Made by a program: the position numbers and the translations under genes | NCBI GenBank assembly: GCA_040954595.2 | Contig: CM082582.2 | Location: 12,917,777 to 12,981,776, forward strand | Source: Balanoglossus misakiensis | Lineage: Eukaryota; Animalia; Hemichordata | DNA: 64,000 bases | Reading direction: 5' to 3' | The notes under the pieces: model-generated | Told to the model about the DNA's origin: nothing | Databases searched by the model: none | What the model saw: only the letters and a program-made list of their open reading frames with translations | Part shown: positions 41,901-56,900 of the stretch, piece after piece | Layout: the number at the start of each line of letters is the position of its first letter | Numbering within the stretch: the first letter of the stretch is position 1

Positions 41901-44900
41901 ACAATCAACTGCCTTGAATATTCATGTAGCTGTGTGGGATGTTACTCTGGTGATTTCTGTGCTGTCTGTGAGTACATAACATGTTTTCGTCAGAATTCAT
42001 TCTAAGATTTTGTTTGATTTTTGTGTTTCTGCCAGACGGTCAATTTATCGGATAGACTAAGAATAATAAATAGTAGTAATCCATAATAATAAAAATCATA
42101 GTAATTCATCTTGGGTACGATAAACAAAATATATAATACCACAGATACAAATTATCCCCAAAATTATAAGGCCATGACAAAGATCATGCTGTAAATGACA
42201 AATTTTTAGTGTCTATAATAAAAAAAACTCTATGTTTCTCGTTTTGTTTAAAACAGTGCTCAATCCATGTGATAACAACCAGTGTCTGAATGGTGGTGTG
42301 TGTACCCAGATTCCTGGTTCATGTACTGCATACCAGTGTGCGTGTACAGGATGCTTTACTGGGCAGTATTGTCAGACAGGTAAATGAATATTATGCTTAA
42401 ATGGTCACCTATGCAAATTTGACCACTGTTACCAAAGAATATTCAAATATAGCCAATCACACATTTGCAATGAGTGGCACATGCGAAAAAAAGTGTCATC
42501 TGTTTTTGTCCAACTCTTCACAGAGATCAATGCCTGTGCCAATCATTTCTGCCAAAATGAGGGTACCTGCATCAGTGAGGCTACTCCTACATCCTGCAAT
42601 GCATACTCTTGCCAATGTGCCGGTTGTTATACTGGACAATACTGTACAACACGTGAGTACGACATCATCAATATCTCTTTTGCGTCTGTGATGACGCATT
42701 CAAAACATGAAGGATTCTTTTTCAGTATTCTTTGCACTCACAGCTTCGGTTTGATTCATGATCCAAGACTCAACACATTCACATTATTGACCCTTCTCCA
42801 TGGAAAACATAAGTTGACAGCTTCTCTCCAGTTGTACCCTTATTAACATTTAACGTTTGCCTTGTTATGCATTGCGTCCATATTATCCATTAATTGATCA
42901 TGCAATGTTTATTAACCATGTCCATATATATTTTGGCTTCACCTGCATCATCTTGCTCTTCCTACACATGTACAATGTACATCACCTTGCTTGCCGCCGT
43001 ATTCCCCATAATCTTTACACCGACCTGCAGTGCTGAATCCCTGCACCAATCATCTGTGTCAGAATGGAGCTCTGTGTCAAGCAGTGGTAGACTCATGCTC
43101 GCAGTATACTTGCCAGTGTATTGGTTGTTACACTGGAGATTTCTGCCAAACCTGTAAGTTTTGATGAAGCATGCAGTCTCCAACATAACAAGAACTTTAC
43201 ACAGCACATTTCCTACCATTTTGCCTTGCATCTAGATGTAATTTATACATGTAGTACTTGTCATACATGTCGGTGTGTGCATATCATAAAATCATACAAA
43301 ATTTTCAGCCTGTTCTATAACAGTGAAATGTACCTGTCAAAAATGATTACTTTATGAGAGTTCTTCAACACAGATAGATGATCAGTTTACTGAAGTAACA
43401 TGATAGTTCTGTCGGTTATGGGACGGGAACTTAGAATTATGTTCAGTATAGCAAGGTGTCTGGTTAATGCAGTGTTCATTCCAAAGAGGTTTCTGTATAA
43501 ACATTTTTTTTCATTGAATACTTTCTGCTTTGCTTTGCCTACATACGTAGTGCTCAATCCTTGTAGCAATAACATCTGTCAAAATGGAGCTGCTTGCATC
43601 CCTGTAACCGGCTCATGTACGGAATATTCGTGTCAGTGTTCAGGTTGCTATACTGGACAATACTGCACAACATGTAAGTAGCTTGTAGTATGCTTTTGCC
43701 TTAAATTAATACTCCTGTGAATAACGTGTTAAAGCATGTCATATACTAGCTGCTGTTATGCTTACTTGAATTTTTGTTTTCTGTATTGAAAGATCATGCA
43801 TTCTCGCTCTGCCTTTATTCAGCTTATTATCATCAACTTTTATTTCTTTGCTTCGCTTGCATATGTAGTGCTGGATGCTTGTAACAATAACTTCTGTCAA
43901 AATGGAGCGACTTGCATCGGTGTGGCTGGTTCTTGTACAGAATATACCTGTCAATGTACAGGTTGCTATACTGGGACTTACTGTACAACATGTGAGTTGC
44001 TTTTATTTGTGAAAAACTCTGTTTTTCGTCACTACATTTGTTCAATTTTCTAGATGGTATTAATGCTCCACATGCTAAAGACATTGTAATGCTTTAACTG
44101 CTGAAGAAAATAATACTGCATATAGTTGCCTCAGCAATGCTTATTTTTCCTAACATTTTCAAGGCTTTGTATTATTTTCTTTGCCTAAAAATAGTGCGAG
44201 ATGCTTGTGTCAATAACTTCTGTCAGAATGGGGGTGTGTGTATTCCGGTAGAGGGATCGTGTACGGAATATACTTGTCAGTGTGGAGGCTGTTACACTGG
44301 GCAATATTGTTTAACATGTAAGTAGTAGAAAGTTCCGTTTAGCACCCCATTATCTGGTCCCTTTAATGCCTCCTCAGTTTTAAATGCTGGTTGGGTGGGC
44401 ATCCTGTATCCATTGCAGTCTCAGGCCAGGTGCCTGTCTGCTTTTCAGAGCTCCTCAAACTCATGATTGTTATATGAATTAGTTTCTTCAAATTAGGCAA
44501 CTTTTCTTGTTGCCATTGTTCTGTAATGACTGTGGGTCAATTTCTTTGCAGTTTAACCATTCAAATGTTTGCAGCCTTTTTTATCGATGTATACACACAC
44601 TAGTTTGTGATTGCGATAATTCTACTTACTTTAATGTCCACAAGGCTTCCCCGTGTCCTTTTGGGACAGCGTTTATCCACCATCTAACTAAGAACTAAAA
44701 TGCAACTTATATTCTTTGCTTGAATGCTCAGTGCGAGATGCTTGTGCTAACAATGGTTGTCAGAATGGAGCTTTGTGTATTGCGATTGCTGTGGCTGGCT
44801 CTTGTACGGAATATTCTTGTCAGTGTCCAGGCTGCTACACTGGACAATATTGTTCAACTTGTAAGTAGTGAACAGACTTGCCGTGCTGCACAAAATCTGA

Positions 44901-47900
44901 ATTCTGTTTTTTTTTTCCTTGTACTGTCTCCTTTCAGCTACTTTCACAGCTTTGTCACTAAAGAGGGAAATGTCCATTTTGTTGTGTCAATCATGCTACT
45001 GACAATTCTCAGATATGCAAAACGATTTTCTAACCTGATCCAGTATGGTCTTCTTGTACCTTTTCAAATCATTATTTCCCTTGCTTTGCCAATGTGCATA
45101 TGTAGTGTTGAATCCCTGTACTGGTAACTTCTGTCAAAATGGAGCTGCTTGCGTTGCTGTGGCTGGTTCTTGTACGGAATATTCGTGTCAGTGTCCAGGT
45201 TGCTATACTGGACAATACTGTACAACATGTGAGTCTTTTCCTTTGCTGGTATGCTTTATAATGCTGTTTATGCCATTTTGCCTTAATTCCTGCTTATAAA
45301 AATAATTTAATCTTTTCTCAAGGCTTGTGCTTTAAGTTGACATTATTTTCTCTGCTTTGCTTTGCCTGCATACATAGTGCTGAACGCCTGCACCAATAAC
45401 TTCTGTCAAAATGGGGCTGCTTGCGTCGCTGTGGCCGGTTCTTGTACAGAATATACATGTCAGTGTCCAGGATGCTATACTGGACAATATTGCACAACGT
45501 GTAAGTTAGCTTAAGTATGCCTTGTCATTTAATTTAATGAGTAACATTTTAATGCACCATTAAATTATGTTTTTTTCCACATGAAAAGCAAAAGTCTTGC
45601 GCAACCTAATGTGTAAAATTTTTGTTTGCTTGTCTTTGCTCTTGCGTACATAGTGCTGAACGCTTGCACCAATAACTTCTGTCAAAATGGAGCTGCTTGC
45701 GTCGCTGTGGCCGGTTCTTGTACGGAATATTCGTGTCAGTGTCCAGGCTGCTATACTGGACAATACTGCACAACATGTAAGTTTCTTACATAATTAAGAA
45801 TGATCTTACTTATTTTTCAATCTTTTTGCTTTGCATTACAAGTAACACCCATAACTACAGGCTTAGAGATACTTCTGCCCTCGAAGCAGATTGATAGATA
45901 TACACTATGCAATGCTGTGTACGCGTAAGACATGTTCCTTTACCTGTGCTTATTATAATTGCATTCTTTTGCTTGTCTTATTTTGCCATTATTTTCTTTT
46001 GCTTTGCATGCATATATAGTGTTGAACGCTTGTACAAATAACTTCTGTCAAAATGGTGCTGCTTGCGTCGCTGTGGCCGGTTCTTGTACAGAATATACCT
46101 GTCAATGTACAGGTTGCTATACTGGGACATACTGTACAACATGTAAGTGGCTTGCATTTGATCAGTTGTTACACGTTCTGGACAGGATCAAGACTTACAC
46201 CATCTGGCACTTTCATGTTTTGGGGATTGTGTGTTCAGTGTGGACTTTGCATAATTTGTCACCAAATTGCACTCTCTTTGTAAACAGTGTCAATAAAACT
46301 TGCTGTTCACTTTTCTTACATTATTTCTTTCTCTTATTAATCATACATTTTGCGAAATAAGTTGAGACATATGACACTTTTGGATTAGTGTCAGAATTAC
46401 AGTTGATACCTATCACATTGATTGTAGGGAACCAGTATATTCTGGCAAAGTTACAAGTAGCAGTTAACCTGATTGTGTACTATATGCCACTTTCATCATG
46501 AAAAGTTATGTTTGTATAATCTTTGAAGTATTTCTGATGTATGTAAGAAATATGTATACAATGTCTATAAAGAATATGTAAAGAATGTTATGGTTTGTTT
46601 TCGTCTGCCCCAACGTTAACTTTCATCTGTGCTTTCAACTTTGTGATGGAAAATGTTTAATGTTTTGACTTCGGTATTTAACATACTTTATGGAAAAATT
46701 GGTAAGCTGGTGTGAGCTGTATGGAAAGGCTCTGATGATCACGTTGTCCACAATTGGACAGATATAGGGCATATTTATAGTATAGTTAAGCCTTTAACCC
46801 CAAACAAAATTGACTGACCCAGATTGATTGGGTCCAACAGCATCAAATTGTCAAGTCTGATAATGTTGTTTGTCATCAGTGTTAGATGCCTGTGCAAATC
46901 ACATATGCCAAAATGGAGGAGTCTGCAGTCCTGTTCCAAGTTCATGTACTGACTATACTTGTCAGTGTCCAGACTGTTATGTCGGTACCTACTGTGAAAC
47001 TAGTGAGTCGATCCTCGATGTTAGCACATTGGTAGTGTAACTGAGGCACATCATAATTATCAAATGCAAGGAAGTATTTGTATGTCACTACATCAACAGC
47101 AATGAAAAAGCACCACATACAATTAGAGTGTCACATATGCCAGACCACAATTAAGTCACATGGAAAGCAGCAGCAATCACATGTAAATTAAGCAGCGTAT
47201 CACATGCTGTACAACCTGTGCCTAGCCCCAAGTGACATGTGTCATGTACCTTACCTGATCAGCTGTACCAGTAGTTACATTATAGCTCTGGGCAGTTTTG
47301 TGCCATCTGCACTTTATTGCTTTGAACTCATCACTCTTAGCTTACCAGCATAATACCAGGCATATGTTAGGCATAATAAATGTAACTTTTGGATATGTTT
47401 GCTATATATTCTTTAGAAAAGATTATCGAAAATGATGTAAAGGTGTGAAGTATTAGTTGTAGTTAGATAATAGCTCCAGATAGTTTTGTGACATCTGCAT
47501 TTTATTGGTTTGAACTCATCACTCATAGGTTACCAGCATAACACTAGGCATATGTTAGGTATAATAAATGTAACATCTGGATATTTTTGCCACACATTTT
47601 TTTAGAAAAGATTATCAAAAATGATGTAAGATCTTTAACACCAATAATAAAACTCTAGAAATAGTCTTTTTATCACTAGAACTAGAATTTTTAAAAATGG
47701 TGGAATGAAACTGCAAAATGAAGCTAAATACCTTGAATAACTGGAATACTTAGAGAACGAATGTTTTGGGTGATTCAGTTTAGTTAATTAATGGAACGTT
47801 CATGTTAGTGCACATCTACCACAACTAATACTTGAATGAAACTGTATACTACAGTGTTGGATGCATGTACTGATAATCAGTGTCAAAACGGAGGTGTCTG

Positions 47901-50900
47901 CCTATCAGTTGGTGAATCCTGTGTTGAATATACTTGCCAGTGTGTTGGCTGTTACAGTGGACCATTCTGTACAATATGTAAGTCAATCGCATTACGCTCA
48001 GAGTGTCAGCAATCACTGCAGAAAGCCAGAGAATTGAAATCATACAAGAATGACAGCTAGGTCCTGATATTTGACTCAACATGAAGTAGTGTATAGATTG
48101 TACTGAACAGAATAATCAGTTAAGACAAGTCTGATAGTAATATAAAGCAGTGTCAGTGACCATCCTGTATTGGTTTAATGCTGAATTCAAGAAAGTCAGC
48201 TAATTGCTACATGTCATGCAAAGTACCTGTGGTCATGAAAGTGACCACTTTTCAATGTCATCATCATCTTCATCATTTCACCATTCTATTCCATGCTGAC
48301 CTGATCTGCTGTTTATCCTGTCCAACCTCCATCTGCATGTGTGTCCACATCTGTGTTCATTGTACAATCATAACATCCACACAACAACAACAACAACAAC
48401 AACAACCATGCAGTGTCTAATCCCTGCCAACCTAACCCGTGTCAGAATGATGGTTTTTGTACAAGTGTTGAGTCATCATGTACTGCCTATCAGTGTGACT
48501 GTATTGGTTGTTACACCGGTACCAACTGCCAAACATGTTAGTATCATAATGGACAGACTGATGTCAGTCCCTCCCTGTTCAATTCCTCTGAGTGATGTAG
48601 TACTAGTAGTAGTCATAGTTTTCAAATATATATCAAATATATTTATTCATTATAAATTTATTTAAATCTCTACCTTTCAGTCTAGGTTTAGTCCCATGGT
48701 CAGACCCAGATGGTACATGTATTGTAAAGCAGCACCACAATTATGTCAAAGCCAAGTTACTCATTATAAGTGTACCTTTTCCCCCGTAGTGTTGAATCCG
48801 TGCTCTAATCATCAATGTCAGAATGGAGGTGCCTGCATCCCTGTGTCTGGCTCCTGCACAGATTATACATGTCAATGTCAGGCTTGCTATACTGGAACGT
48901 TCTGTACAACATGTAAGTAATCTACTTCGTAGCACTGTAAAACTGGAAATTTTCGTGACAGGAAATTTTCCCTATATCAACTAAGGCAACTTTTCAGCGA
49001 CAATTAATTCTCTTCATCTCCGAATAGCATTCTGTTGTACACATTGTTCTTTCGCAACTATCACGTTTTGGCTCTCAAGAAGTTCGTGAAAATTTATCGT
49101 TCGCGTTAATTTCCTGTTTTAAACGACCTGTGTGACATTTTAATATGTGACCTTTATGGCTGAACACTAGGAACTTACATATGTGTGTAGATTCTATTAA
49201 TTCCCTTTGACCTTATTTGATCTGTTGCAGTGTTGAATCCATGTGCTAATCACCAGTGCCAGAATGGTGCTGCTTGCATTCCACAACCAGGTTCCTGTAC
49301 AGAGTATAGCTGCAATTGTCCCCAGTGTTACAGTGGAGATTTCTGTACCATCTGTGAGTATTGTTTTTTATGGATTAAACATTGTTTGTGGCTAGAAGAA
49401 CTTCAGACTATTTTGCAACACATGGAGGAACACAGAATTTGAAAATATTTAAAACTTCCTGGAAAATGAAATGTATTTCCGGAAAGTCCTGGAAAAATAT
49501 CAGCATGGCAAACAAAGATTGAGTCAAATTGAAAGATACATTTATGGAACGGTCGCTTTTCTTACAAGGTTGTGATGAAACTCATAATTTTTTCCATGTG
49601 TAATATCTGTCCTACAGTCAGTGACCCATGTCAGCCAAACCCATGCCAAAATGGTGGTGGCTGTACAGCCTCACCTCCTGGATCATGTACTGGTTATGCA
49701 TGTCAATGTGTAGGATGTTACATCGGATTCAACTGTGAAACACGTGAGTAATAGAAACTTCAAACCATGGTAGAATTAGTGGTAGATATTGCTGTACAGT
49801 AATGAGACAACTTTATTCAGTGAGGCCTTAGACGTAATTTTGTTTGTGCGATAACACTTGGGTTTCTCTCTTTCCTACTTCTTTTTTCCAGTTCAAGATC
49901 CTTGTGCCACTAATTTCTGTCAGAATGAAGGTATCTGCGTTGCTACTAGTGGGTCCTGTACTCAGTACACTTGTCAGTGTGTAGGATGTTATACAGGCGA
50001 TTTCTGCACTAACCGTAAGTGGCATTCGCATACTAGGGTTTGATTTCCATACCATCTAAAGATTCAACTGAGGTCATAAAGACAGAGTGTACTAATCTTA
50101 AATGCATGAGGATTGCAGTATGACACATGCACAATAAACCAATCACATTCCCGCTGTGAACCAATATATCTAGTCTTGGAAGGACTGAAAAAAGTGAGAG
50201 ACATTTTATCCTTTTTACAGTGGTTAGTGCATGTACCAACCATCAATGTCAGAATGGAGGAGCTTGTGTTCAGACACCAGGGTCTTGTAGTGACTACACA
50301 TGTCAGTGTCAAACCTGCTACAGTGGAACATACTGTGAAATCTGTAAGTACCCTTTTGCAAACAATCAATTTTTGTCATGTTTATTGGCTTTGTATTTTA
50401 CTTAATAAATGAAATATTGTCCTGGAAGTACCGGTATAATTTACTGTATAATACTATTCTAGTCTTGATTTCACTGACTAGAATTCATGCTGACGTCAAC
50501 ATCTGTTTTTCTGCTAACAGTCACCAATGGATGTCAACCAAATCCATGTCTGAATGGTGGTGGCTGTGTTGCTATTCCTGGATCTTGTTCAAATTACCAA
50601 TGCCAGTGCCCCACCTGTTACACAGGAACCAACTGCCAAACATGTAAGTGCATGATGACAGAGTTTAGGTTACTTATCGGCTCCCATAATAGACCACTTT
50701 CCAAACTCCACAAGACCCATTAAAGGGCAGATTAATGAGTTTCTTTTGATAGATCATTAACAACTTTGCCCCTCTGAGCAACTTTGCCCCTCTGTCATTT
50801 AAAGCCAAATATAATATTTTGGAATTTGTTTCCAACAGTGTTGAATGCCTGTGGAAACCACAACTGTCAAAATGGTGGACAGTGCGTAACAACGGCAGGT

Positions 50901-53900
50901 TCCTGTACTGCCTACACCTGCATCTGCACTGGTTGCTTCACTGGACAGTTCTGCACCCAACGTAAGTCTTTGGCGGTAGTTACCGTGTGGTAAGAGAAAA
51001 GCGTCAGGGCTCTGTAATTTTCTGTATGTGTTGTTCGCAGTATTTCAGTGTTTAAACATTTGTCAGTTGTGCCATCTGATTATATGAAAAAAGAAATTAG
51101 ATGTTACCAAAAGCCCATAATAGTTTAAACCTATTAACTCAGATCTGTCTTGTCCTTATAGAAATTGATGCCTGTGCGAACAATCTTTGCCGCAATGGAG
51201 CAGCATGTATACCTTCTGTTGGAAACTGCTATTCTTACACCTGTCAATGCAGTGGTTGTTATTCTGGTGATTACTGCCAAGATGGTAAGATTTTTTTTTC
51301 TCTCTCTCCTATGAATAAAAGTATGCTACTTCTTGTCTTGACTGTCCTTCTGACTGTTCCATAGATGTCTACAGGATTCTTGTTGTAGAGGTTGCGGACA
51401 ACAATTGGAACAACTCTACCAGTTATACTTTTAATTGCATCTCTGTATTTGACAGAGATTTTCTGACATATCTCTCTGTTTTCACAGCAATCCAAGCATG
51501 TGCTGATAATCCATGCTTGAATGGAGGTCAATGTCAAGCGACCGGTGTCACTTGTACAACATACAGCTGCATCTGTCCACGATGTTACACTGGTCCCACG
51601 TGTGCTCTCGGTAAGAGTTTGTCACACCACTTGATACGTAACTCACTGTGATGAGCCGTCGTACAAAGTTCCATTCCTATATCCACAGTCACAGCAACTG
51701 CCAAATAGTCTGTTTCATACCCAACTCAAAGTTCATTCTGCTCATATAAAGCAATAGCAATTGAACCAATTAAAGCATCAGATGGTGAATACTACAGAAA
51801 GTTTGTGGGGTAATCTGTGCTTTGTGAATTTTGTATTTCACCATGCAAGGAGAATACTAGTAATACAGATGTACACAACATTTTAGAAAGTGTTACTTGA
51901 TTTCAGCATTTCTTATTCTCTTCTAAATCTTCCTTACTAGTGTTGAATCCATGTTCTGTTAACCCGTGCCAAAATGGTGGAATATGTACACCAGATCCAT
52001 CAGACGCAACATGTAACAGCTTTATCTGTCAATGTACTGGCTGTTATTCTGGAACCCGATGTGAAATACGTAAGTACAAGGAGTATAAAAAAACAACCAG
52101 TATCCGTCATTGTCTCTCAAATTCATGCCTCTCAAATCTTCTTCTACGTCTCTCTCAATGTTCCATCTTGCTTCTTCACTACTTCACCTGTCCTTTCAAA
52201 TTCAGTCTTCCCTGGTGTTTAATTGTTCTTCTATCAGGAAGGACATTCAGATATAGTCAACTGCATTGTATGCATGCTTGCTTGCTTGCTGCTTTAATGC
52301 TAATGATAAGTTTTGTTTCAGCTGTTCAATTGCTGCTTCTTTCCGCAAGCAAATTCTGATTTTTGCCGTTTAATTGTGTTCTCAAGGTGAATGGAGACAG
52401 AGATGCCGTCTTCATCCAACAGCATTTGTGTCCACCACTTTTATAACACTCATCTCATCAGTGTAATTGCTATCAGGAATCTTTGCTACTGCAATTCTAA
52501 TTGCTTTAATTGTTGGTACTAATTAGTAGATGGCTTCTTAGTTTTCAGAGCTGCGGTCTAACACTGCATGGGAAAAAATAGGTGGCAGTAATGCTCGATT
52601 CAAGAAATATGCAATATGTAACGTATATTATATATCCAAGAATAATTAATGGATACAGGCATGCTTGCTTGCTTTGATATCGTCATCTTTTCCCCCTGGC
52701 TCTGTAGTACTGCACATTAGGCTGCATGATCATGTAAGTAGAATGCTTGGCTGCAGTGGCTGTGCAAACAGATATCTGCATGTAGGTAGAGCAAAAGATT
52801 TTTCGAACTATTTCAACAAGCCACAAGTGATTGATTTACCTAGGAACCGATAACCAGTGCACCAACAATCCTTGCCAGAATAATGGTTTCTGTCAGTCGT
52901 TGGCTGGCTCCTGTGAAGCCTACACATGTATCTGCATTAATTGCTATGCTGGACATAACTGTGAAATGAGTAAGTATTAATTATCGATTACTTGAGAAAA
53001 GATTAGCAGTGTAATGCATGGAAATAGATTTCTGATTGTCATCATTGAAACTTATGCATCTGTCTGACAGTGTTTGAAGTTGTCATTCAACTAATATTTG
53101 CTGTTTGAAATTCAATAATTGCAGCCTGTAAGCTTACTTAAGAATTCACAAATAGTCTGAATGATTATTGCCGAAACTGATTTTTGTGTGTGTTTCTGTG
53201 TATAGTGGTGTCATCTCAGTGTGATGTCAACCCATGCCAGAACAATGGTGTATGCACAGCATTGGAGAATTCCTGCAATGAATATTCCTGTTCCTGTGTT
53301 GGTTGTTTCCAAGGACAAAACTGTGAAACACGTAAGTATTTTTGAGAAGTTTCATTATGTTTCTGCTACAAATGCCAATCACTGATTAGAATGCTTTGAA
53401 TCTGAATGCAAATTGGTACAAATCGAAACATATGAGAGATCATATGCAATGTTCCTTCACATATCATATGTTGTGAACTTTCTGCAGCAATACCAGACCC
53501 ATGTGCCAACAACCCATGCAGTAATGGTTTGTGTCAACTGGTCGCAGGCTCCTGCACTGCATATAGTTGCATATGTACAGATCCATGCTTCTCTGGAACT
53601 AGCTGTCAAATCCGTAAGTTAACTTCAATTTCATGACTACTTTGTGACCTTACACCTTGATATTTTGATTGGACAAGAGTGAAACAGTTTTCTGAAACAA
53701 TCTACCCATATTATTTCTATTCCATTCCATTGTACAGGTTCGTTCATACATTCATTTATTCATTCTTTCCAACATTCTTCCGTTGCCAGGACAAGACCCA
53801 TGTGCATCAGCAAATCCATGTTTGAATGGCGGTGCCTGCTTTGCTATGCCTGGCTCTTGCACACAAATGGTCTGTCAATGCAGTGGTTGCTGGAGTGGAA

Positions 53901-56900
53901 ACAACTGTGACATCCGTAAGTGCAATTCTGTTGATACAAAGTACTGACTCTGAAGAGAAATATACAAAATTACAAGATTAAATGTTTTGAGAAACAAGAA
54001 AACAATTCATCTAAGCCATTAACAAAGAGATCATCACCATTTCAACTGTTCTGCTCTATCATAATTTTGCCTGTAGGTTGAAGGTTTTTGAAATTGTTCA
54101 AAATACAATGTATGTGTATCTTGAATGAAGTTTGGTGATTAGATTTGATTTGATTTGATTTCAGCATCTAACAATCAGTGTGTCAACAATCCATGTGAGA
54201 ATGGAGGCTTCTGTCAGCCCAGAGAAGGGTCATGCAATGCCTATGACTGTGTGTGTACATCATGCTATTCAGGACCTAGGTGTCAGTTTGGTAAGCTTTA
54301 ATTTATTGTTTAATCCAGTGGGTGGGTGGGAGCAGGTTTTTTGGTGTATGGATAAAATGATTGATTGATCATTTGATTGATTGATGGATTGATATGATGA
54401 ATTAAGTTTATTAAAATTGATATGTTCTTTGAATGCATTTATGCATTATAAACGGATGCATTCATGAACATTTGTCTTCTTATTTTTCACTATTTTTACA
54501 GTGTTCAACAGAGTCTGTGAGACAAGTAACCCATGCCAGAATGGTGGAGTCTGCATCCCAGACACTGAATCTTGCTTTGGTTATCAGTGTTTCTGCCCTG
54601 GATGTTTTGGAGGTGCCAGATGTGATCAATGTAAGGGAAACAAGATTGCAGAATTTTCATATGCTATAAACTTTACATTCAAGCTATTGTTGAGAATTTA
54701 TGGGAACATTTTTTCCATTCAATATACAGTGCCCCCAGTATTGCTTATATTTCTGTAATGTGTAACCGTGGAAAGAATTACATTGTACATACAGTGCATG
54801 TTTGGTAAAAATTGATCATTCCTTTTGTCTCTCCAACAGTCCAACAAACGCAATGTGCAGATAATCCGTGTCTTAATGGTGGCACCTGTGTACCTGAGCC
54901 TAACTCCTGCGACGCATACACTTGCAGGTGTCTGTCGTGTTTCAGCGGTCCATTATGCCAATTTGGTGAGTATAGAGTTACATAAAGCTGCCGTCAAAAA
55001 GATGTATTGGTCTTGCATGTAACAGTGCCAATCTGAAGTTTTGCTGTACCCTCATGGCCTTTGTTAATAAATATGCAATATATGTGCATACTGTTTGCCT
55101 TGTAGGGCACCAAGTCTGCAACAAAATTCACATGTATTAATGTAACATTTCCGTGTATTTGGTCAACTCAACAGCTCTCCAGCCACAGTGTGTTGATGAA
55201 CCTTGTCAAAATGGTGGAGCCTGTGTGCCCGTTCCTGGTTCATGCACTGCTTTCACTTGCACATGTGCCGCATGCTGGACTGGCGAAGTATGTCAGATAC
55301 GTAAGTAGAAATAAATATAGTTGATGAATCTGCAGATGTCATACTAATGGATCAACAGTAATGATCATCTATTTCTGTCTTGCATTGTGTACACTTCGTG
55401 TATAATTAAAACTCCCATTTTACAAAGTAGATATAACATAATATCAACTGCACATGAGACGGTAACTTTGATCTGCGGCCGACAAAGCATCACAGTGGTG
55501 ACAGCTCCACGTCGATTTAATATTGCGTCAAATTGGTTCATACAAAATGCAAAGACAAAAAGACAGTGATTCATGACATAGACTATAAGGATTAGAACAC
55601 ATCTGGGACATTGAAATTTATGTCAAAATCTGATACTAACCCTTAAATCGCGGCTTTAATGAAGCACAAAATAAACTTGCCGCAAACAGATTATTCCGTC
55701 CAGTTTTTGCTCGACATCCAGTCCAGTTTCCACAGTACATGTAGACAGACAGGTTTTTAACACATGTATGACGTCCATGGGAGTGGGCAGGACTGAAAAA
55801 ATCGTTCAGGTTGAAAAGTGTTTTAAACCTAGTTTAATTCCTGTCAGACTTGTGTGTTTCATTTGTGTTCTAAACATGTACAGAAAGTATTTTAGTAAAC
55901 ATGTGTGAAACGTAAGTGTTTACTTGTTTTAAACCATATTGTTTTCAACACTTTTGGAAGTTTGTTAACATACTCGGAGGAGAGAGGGGATATATCAGGA
56001 CGGCAGGCCATACACATATTGAATGTTTGTTTCCACTGAAGCATATAAAGTATGCAACAGAAAAGGGAAATTTTCCTGCATGCTTTTTTAAAAGTCAAAA
56101 GCGCAGCTTTTTAACTTGATGAATTTTACATGTACAGTAAATACCTGCCGGAACCAAACCACGTAAAAAACTGCAATTTCAATCATACTAATTGCTACTC
56201 TATAACAGGTCAAATGGATCAATGTTTGGCAAATCCATGTCAGAATGGCGGTGTCTGTACTCCAGTGGAGGGTTCCTGTGTTGCCTACACCTGTGCCTGT
56301 CCAGCCTGTTATGCCGGTCCATTGTGTCAATTCTGTAAGTTTACAATTGTTATTTCTAATGATCATATTGTATAAAGTGTCTGTGTCACCATGTGTGTGC
56401 ATTCATGCATCAACATGTCACCATAATGTACAATGTACATATCTGTGTGTAATCCATCTTTTGAATGTAGCAATTATAAAATTGTATCTCATCATCATTC
56501 CTATGATGACAGATTTGCTTTTGCCACTTTTCTGACTTAAATGTAATATAGGTCCAGAAACTATAAATAAAACATCATTCAACTTTTACATGCGATGATA
56601 TTTTTTGCTCTAACTTTAATTACTTTTACCTCTTCAGTCTTGCAGACACAGTGTCTGTCATTGCCATGTCTGAATGGAGGGGCATGTGTTCCAGTGGCTG
56701 GTAGTTGTACTGCATTCTCCTGCACTTGTACCAGTTGTTTCTCTGGAACCAATTGTGAGATAGGTGAGTCAGTTGTTTTATGATGTAATCAATCACAGAA
56801 TTCTACTCTACACCCAGAATTATATCGTCGACTTGTATTCGTTTATGAATTCGGATGATTTGATAGACTTTTCAATTTCTCTTTATTACATAGCTGTCAA

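Noticed and set aside
50095-50175. Weak EGF-like remnant (LNA*...), and similar hints near 16095-16150 and 48300-48370
   Set aside because: Too little similarity to distinguish from chance by eye.
25836-51284. Regularly spaced similar units resembling a CRISPR array
   Set aside because: The units are about 123-nt coding exons with synonymous variation in a eukaryotic gene; there are no identical short repeats or cas genes.
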